Below are positions 27,131 through 31,785 of a DNA stretch of 31,785 bases, piece after piece (positions within the stretch are counted from its first letter, which is position 1; the number at the start of each line of letters is the position of its first letter). The notes beneath the pieces were generated by a model, which searched no databases, was not told where the DNA came from, and saw nothing but the letters and a program-made list of their open reading frames with translations. Source of the stretch: Verrucomicrobiota bacterium (GTDB lineage Bacteria; Verrucomicrobiota; Verrucomicrobiia; Limisphaerales; SXQI01). Location: positions 1 through 31,785 of the forward strand of contig JANRLX010000109.1 in the NCBI GenBank assembly GCA_033762115.1, written 5' to 3'. The position numbers and the translations under genes are program-made.

Positions 27131-29931
27131 TTAGATCTCTTCCAATGCTTTGCGCAGGAGGCGCTCGATTTCTGCCTGTTGCTGCCGGGAAGTGATCTTG
27201 GTGAAATCAGCATTCCTGATGTAAAAGCTGTCAAAGGCGGCCCCTTTTTCCGTGATGATTTTTGCCAGGGAAAGATCAATTTCCAAATCGCTCAAGGTTT
27301 TTGAAATCACGTAAAGCAACCCGACGCGATCTTCTGTTTCAATATCCAGCACCGTTCTTCGTTCAGAGATGCTGTTATCAAAATAGATGTTGGTAGGCAT
27401 TTTTTCTCCCGCTGGAGATTGGTAAAGGCGATTGGGCGTCTTTTGCCTGCCATCAACGCAGGAAGATCGATCTCCTCGTTCAAGGCTTTTGTGAGGATTT
27501 TCTCAAACTGTTCCTTCTCCTCTCTCGGTGCCAGGCCGCCGGTTTTGGCGTCTGTAACATAGAAAGTATCCAGAATAATTCCATCTGAACGGGTAAAAAT
27601 GTGGGCGCTCAGGATGTTCATCCCTGCGGCAGTCATGGACCCGGCAATTTTACTGAAGAGTCCCGCCCGGTCCCATGTGCAAACGTGCAGGGAGGTGTAA
27701 CCGCGGTTTGGCTCATTATGCCAGGTAAGGACCGGTTCCAGGGCCTTGTCCTCCTCCGCAAGTTGCAGATGCATGAATCGGTGGGCAAGGGTCAGATCGC
27801 TCACGATCTGGCGGGACGTATGGATTTGAAAATAACGGGAAGGCAAACTTTCGAAATGCGCATCAATTTCCTCATCGCTGAAGGTCGCTGGCAAGGAGGC
27901 CTTCACCTCTGTTTTCAGCAGTTCAAGTTGATGTCGCTCAGCCCGGAGAAACTCGGTGCTCCCTTCGAAAAGGGCTTTCGTCCGCTGGTAAAGGCTCCAG
28001 AGCAGCGAATCCTTGAACCCATTCCACAAGTGGTCGCTCGTCCCGAGGGAGTCCGCGAGGGTGTGTAACGTGAGCATCACCAGGTTGTCCCGGCTTTGGA
28101 TTTGCGAGGCGAACAGTTTAATGACGTTTAAATCATCGAGGTCCCGCCGTTGCGATGTCAGGATCATCAACAAATGATTTTCGATGATCAACCTGAGGCT
28201 GTGGGCGGTTGCCCCATCCAGCCGCAGGCGCTGGGCGACCCCAATGGCCAGTTCACCCCCAAGACCTGCGTGGTCGGTTGTCTCAAAGGCTTTCCCTGCA
28301 TCGTGAAGCAACAGCGCCAGGTATAAAACAAAAGGCCGTTCCACATTATGGAACAATTCCGAGTAATTGCTGAAAGCGGGCTCATTGAGATTCCATAACC
28401 GGTCCAGTTTCTCCAGACAGACCAGCGTGTGCTCGTCAGCGGTGTATTGATGGTAAAACTCATGCTGGACCCGGCAGGTCAGGTTGCCGAACTCCGGGAT
28501 GAATTTGCCCAAAAGGCCGACCTCATGCATGGCCCGCAGGATGGGCGCAACATTCCCCCGCTGGTTGAGAATTTCGAGGAAGGTTTCATGAACATGCGGG
28601 TCCTCAATAAATTCCTGGGTCACGAGGTGGAGTTCATTCCTGATGCTTTGGGCAAGGTCCGGGTTGAGCCTGACTCCACGCTGTTGCGCATAAAGAAACA
28701 CGCGCATGAGACGCCGCGGTTGCTCGCGGAACGGTCGCAAGGTCTGGATTTCACCATCAACAATTTTGAAGCCATCGACCATTTGCTGGGTGGCGCGTTG
28801 TTTTCCTTTCCGGATCAGATCACGAATGGAAGGAAGTCTCTTTTCTTCAGGAAGAAGGGCTAAACGCTGCTCAAGAGTGCGGGTGATCAGGTAAATATTG
28901 CGCATGTGGAGATACACATCGCTCATGAACAGTTCGATTCGTTTGCTGGGGGAGCGTTCGGTGTAACCAAGCGCATAACCGACCGAGGGCTGGACGCTTT
29001 TGCTCAGGACGTCGACAGCGCGTTTGGCCTGGTAATGCAACTCATTGCGCACCCAGAGCAAAAAGTCGTAAGCGGCATCCAGCTGCTTTCGCTCGGCCTC
29101 GGAAATCAATCCTTTTTCCTGGAGTTCGGAAAGGCTGCGCACTCGGTATTTGAAAAAGGCCATCCAGAGCAGGTTTTGGTAATCCCGCAATCCGCCGCAC
29201 CCGTTTTTGATATTCGGCTCCTGCATGGATGCAGAATTTCCGAATTTTGCCCGTCGTACTTCCTGGTCCTGGATTCGGGCCTGGATGTAAGCGCTTTCAT
29301 AACCGCGGACGCATTTTGCCAAAACCACGGCTTGCATCCTCTCGAAATGGGATTTGTCTCCGGCGATATGCCGCGCTTCGATGAGCGCCGTTTTGGATTG
29401 CATGTCCTGGTTTGCCACCACCACACAATCTTCGATGCTTCGTACGGAATGGCCGACCTTCAGGCCAAGGTCCCATAAGGTATAGAGCAGCCCATCGGTC
29501 AGTGCGCCGAGATTCGGTTTTGCTTTTCCTCGAGTGACAAGGTCCGGTTCATGCAGAAACATGATATCGATGTCACTGAAAGGATTCAGTTCGCCGCGGC
29601 CATACCCTCCAATTCCCGCGACTGCATATTTGGGGATGGGAAGGTTGGCATGCTGCAGGTTGTTTTGCACAGCCTGGAGGATAGAGCGCAGCAGCACATC
29701 CAGCACCGCGGCGCGGGCGCGGCAAACTTCGCGCCCCCCGGCTCCGGCTCGGTGAAGGTTTTCCACGCGGCTGTGCTCCAGTTTCAGAAAATCCTTGAAT
29801 CGACTGAGTTCTTCAGAGGGCTTTCTGTCCGGCGGCAGCACCAGGCGGCGTTGTGCCTCGACTTCAACTTTTTCAGCAAAAGTCAAAGCATCCGCAGGAA
29901 CTGTTTTAGGATCTGACGAGGGAACTGACAA
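27131..29931 (-). CDS. glnD: Bifunctional [protein-PII] uridylyltransferase/uridylyl-removing enzyme, with a 1-nt frameshift before ACT2
   Basis: GGYGRGELNPFSDID (nucleotidyltransferase), EPNIKNGCGGLRD, YHQYTADEH, LLHDAGK (HD domain) and ACT1 (DRAGLF). ACT2 (FDN...EDRVGLLY...KI.TE...AFDSFYI) lies in the separate frame 27131-27400. Confidence 0.92.
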
Positions 29932-29936
29932 AGGGG

Positions 29937-31208
29937 CTAAAAAGCGTAGTTTGCTGTTAAGGTCACACGGTTTTGGTCGTATTCCTGGGTTGGAATATTC
30001 GAGTCCTTGGTAATGTAGTCGTATCCAAGGCCGGTGGAAAGGTGTTGCGTCAATTGATATCCTGCGCTGATGCCCGCGCCGATGCGCTGAAACTTCTCAG
30101 CCCTGGGGCCGCCCACATCCTTGCTGTCTTCATAAAAAAGATTGGTGCTTAACCGCACGTCCTTGATCACATCCCAGGTGATGTTGTGCCGGGCAATATA
30201 ACTCTCAAGGAAGCTGGACCCAATCCCCACGGATTCAGTTGTTCTGCGGCTTAGTGCAAGTGACTGGGAAATATATTCATTGAAGCTGTTCTCGAACTCG
30301 ACGTCCGCGTAGAAGGATACCGGTGCTTCGGTGTCGCCGATGGCCCCTGCCGCGACAATTTCATATTTGCTGAAGCCCGCGCTGACGGAAAGGGAGGTGT
30401 AGCGGGAAATCATCCACTCAATAAAAGGACCCACTGTGTAGTTGCGCGAATCGTTGCGATATCCCTCGTCATATTTCGTAAATCCGACCGAGGAACTCAA
30501 CCCCACCACCAATGCTGGGCTGAAGGTGTAGCCCGCTCGCGCAAAAATGGAATGCAAAGTGCGATCTGAATTGGAAAAGGAATCATTATACACATACAAT
30601 GTGTGGTCATAGCCCACGGAGAATTGCCAATCCTTCAATTCCCAAGAGGTCAGGAGACCTGCGGTGTTCTGGAATTGTCCGAATTCAGCAGTATTGGCCA
30701 CTGATCCATTCCGGATTGGGTCCTGAGAATAGGAAAAGCGGTCATGCACGTTGAAGCGGAAAATACTGACCAAAAAATCGAATGAAATATCTGAACTGGT
30801 CCGTGGGCTGACCTGCAATCGGTTATTTTCAGAATTTTCGAGGTAAAGTGAGTATCCCACCCCTGTGTCCAGGCTCAGGCGGTTATACTCTGTGATGGGC
30901 CACACGGCGCTGAGCGTGGCAAAAGGGGTGATGATCACATCGCTCTCCGGGTCGGTCGGGGAGGTGTTGATGTTATCATTGTACTCCACTCCGAGAGTGG
31001 CCCCGGTGCTGAATTCGATTGGCCCCGCTTTGAGATTGTAATCTCCCTGTGAATAGCGGGCGGTGCGGTTTTTTGCGTAGGCCCTGGTGGCACGGGCAGC
31101 TTCAAGGCTTTCCTGGGCATGGGTTTCGGTCCAGCCAGCCAGTCCAGCAAGGGCTGCGCAGAGGAGAACGCCCTGTTTCCGATTGAGCGGAGATTCAGCA
31201 CGAGACAT
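29937..31208 (-). CDS. Outer-membrane beta-barrel protein (BBP2/exopolysaccharide-associated type)
   Basis: ATG at 31208 gives a signal peptide. Motif EYNDNI, alternating amphipathic strands and C-terminal YDQNRVTLTANYAF ending in Phe (BAM signal). Confidence 0.82.
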   Translation of the reverse strand: MSRAESPLNRKQGVLLCAALAGLAGWTETHAQESLEAARATRAYAKNRTARYSQGDYNLKAGPIEFSTGATLGVEYNDNINTSPTDPESDVIITPFATLSAVWPITEYNRLSLDTGVGYSLYLENSENNRLQVSPRTSSDISFDFLVSIFRFNVHDRFSYSQDPIRNGSVANTAEFGQFQNTAGLLTSWELKDWQFSVGYDHTLYVYNDSFSNSDRTLHSIFARAGYTFSPALVVGLSSSVGFTKYDEGYRNDSRNYTVGPFIEWMISRYTSLSVSAGFSKYEIVAAGAIGDTEAPVSFYADVEFENSFNEYISQSLALSRRTTESVGIGSSFLESYIARHNITWDVIKDVRLSTNLFYEDSKDVGGPRAEKFQRIGAGISAGYQLTQHLSTGLGYDYITKDSNIPTQEYDQNRVTLTANYAF

Positions 31209-31256
31209 GCCCGGAGAGTAATTGGAAGCCGAGCCGTTGAACAAGCGAAGATTCGA

Positions 31257-31288
31257 TGCTGGAGCAGGGGGGATTCGAACCGCTGACC
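31257..31288 (-). pseudogene. Degenerate tRNA(Ala)/tmRNA-like 3' fragment
   Basis: Minus strand GGTCAGCGGTTCGAATCCCCCCTGCTCCAGCA has the variable-loop GGTC, T-loop TTCGAAT and an Ala-type GCTCCA end. The T-stem is mismatched and CCA is changed to GCA. Confidence 0.55.
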
Positions 31289-31390
31289 GCAAAATGCTCA
31301 GCACAGCCGCTCAATAGGCAGCGCAGAGAACCATCGGAGCGGTGTCATCAGTAACTTTTTTAGCGAAAGCTCGCGGCGGTTGTGAAAAGG

Positions 31391-31783
31391 TTAGACGGCG
31401 ATTTGGGATGGGGGAGCGGTAGGGGTAAATGGATTTTCGGCGGTGAATGGGTTTTCCAGGTGGGCTGTTTGACTGTCAGATGGGGCAAGCTCCTCAATGA
31501 ATGAGGGGGTGAGGGTGATTGGCGATGCTGCTGGCAAAGCGGGTGAGGGAATGGAGAGCGGTTGCAATTCCGTGTTCTGAGAGTGGCCTGGGGTGTTCGC
31601 TTTTGCTTCTGGAGCAGTGGAATTGGGTGAGGAATTGGATGAGGAAAGGGGTTGTGACTGGTTCTTTTGCTGGAATTTGAGTTGGGCCAAAGCGAATTTT
31701 TTTGCGGCAAGTTCCTGTTTTTCCCTGGCGAGGGCGAGTTTCCGTTCGGCATGGTCCTGTTTTCGTTCGGCCAGTTCGATGCG
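31391..31783 (-). CDS. Hypothetical protein, 5'-partial (coiled coil followed by Pro/Ser-rich tail)
   Basis: The frame is open to the window edge: RIELAERKQDHAERKLALAREKQELAAKKFALAQLKFQ, then a disordered tail and a stop at 31391. Confidence 0.55.
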   Translation of the reverse strand, partial: RIELAERKQDHAERKLALAREKQELAAKKFALAQLKFQQKNQSQPLSSSNSSPNSTAPEAKANTPGHSQNTELQPLSIPSPALPAASPITLTPSFIEELAPSDSQTAHLENPFTAENPFTPTAPPSQIAV

Positions 31784-31785
31784 CA

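Noticed and set aside
31209..31304. Extended N-terminus of the beta-barrel ORF (MLSILRSAVRIPPAP...)
   Set aside because: VRIPPAP is a translation of the tRNA-like T-arm. The signal peptide fits a start at 31208.
31257..31332. Functional tRNA gene
   Set aside because: The acceptor, anticodon and T stems do not pair and the CCA end is altered, so it is kept only as a remnant.
31360..31752. 130-aa Pro/His-rich ORF
   Set aside because: It is an alternative frame of the coiled-coil ORF that is open to the window edge, and its composition looks non-coding.

Overview
Gene-dense bacterial chromosomal window, probably from a Verrucomicrobiota (Pedosphaera/Limisphaera-like) genome; this is inferred from gene style and content, not from a search. 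It holds housekeeping genes (hisG, dxr, cdsA, nadB, gltX, yggS, glnD), an envelope lipoprotein operon (glycine-zipper protein, LpoB-like, COG3014-like, YcfL-like, secreted protein), a prolyl oligopeptidase, an HGSNAT-like acyltransferase and a PRC/DUF2382 stress protein. There is no CRISPR array, rRNA, intact tRNA or recognisable transposase. The most striking observation is a membrane protein (10724-11422) whose two ends form a circularly permuted acyl carrier protein, cut exactly at the phosphopantetheine-serine position. It lies next to an adenylate-forming enzyme and a lipoprotein with a papain-like Cys-His-Asp signature. Other highlights are a 33-aa bS22/AURKAIP1-COX24-like ribosomal protein missed by the ORF track, a coupled SdpA-like plus HTTM-DCC gene pair, a DUF1080-Cache-like fusion and a decayed tRNA-like element near the right end. 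Two genes carry single-base frameshifts (a membrane-anchored ECF sigma factor and glnD) that may be sequencing errors.
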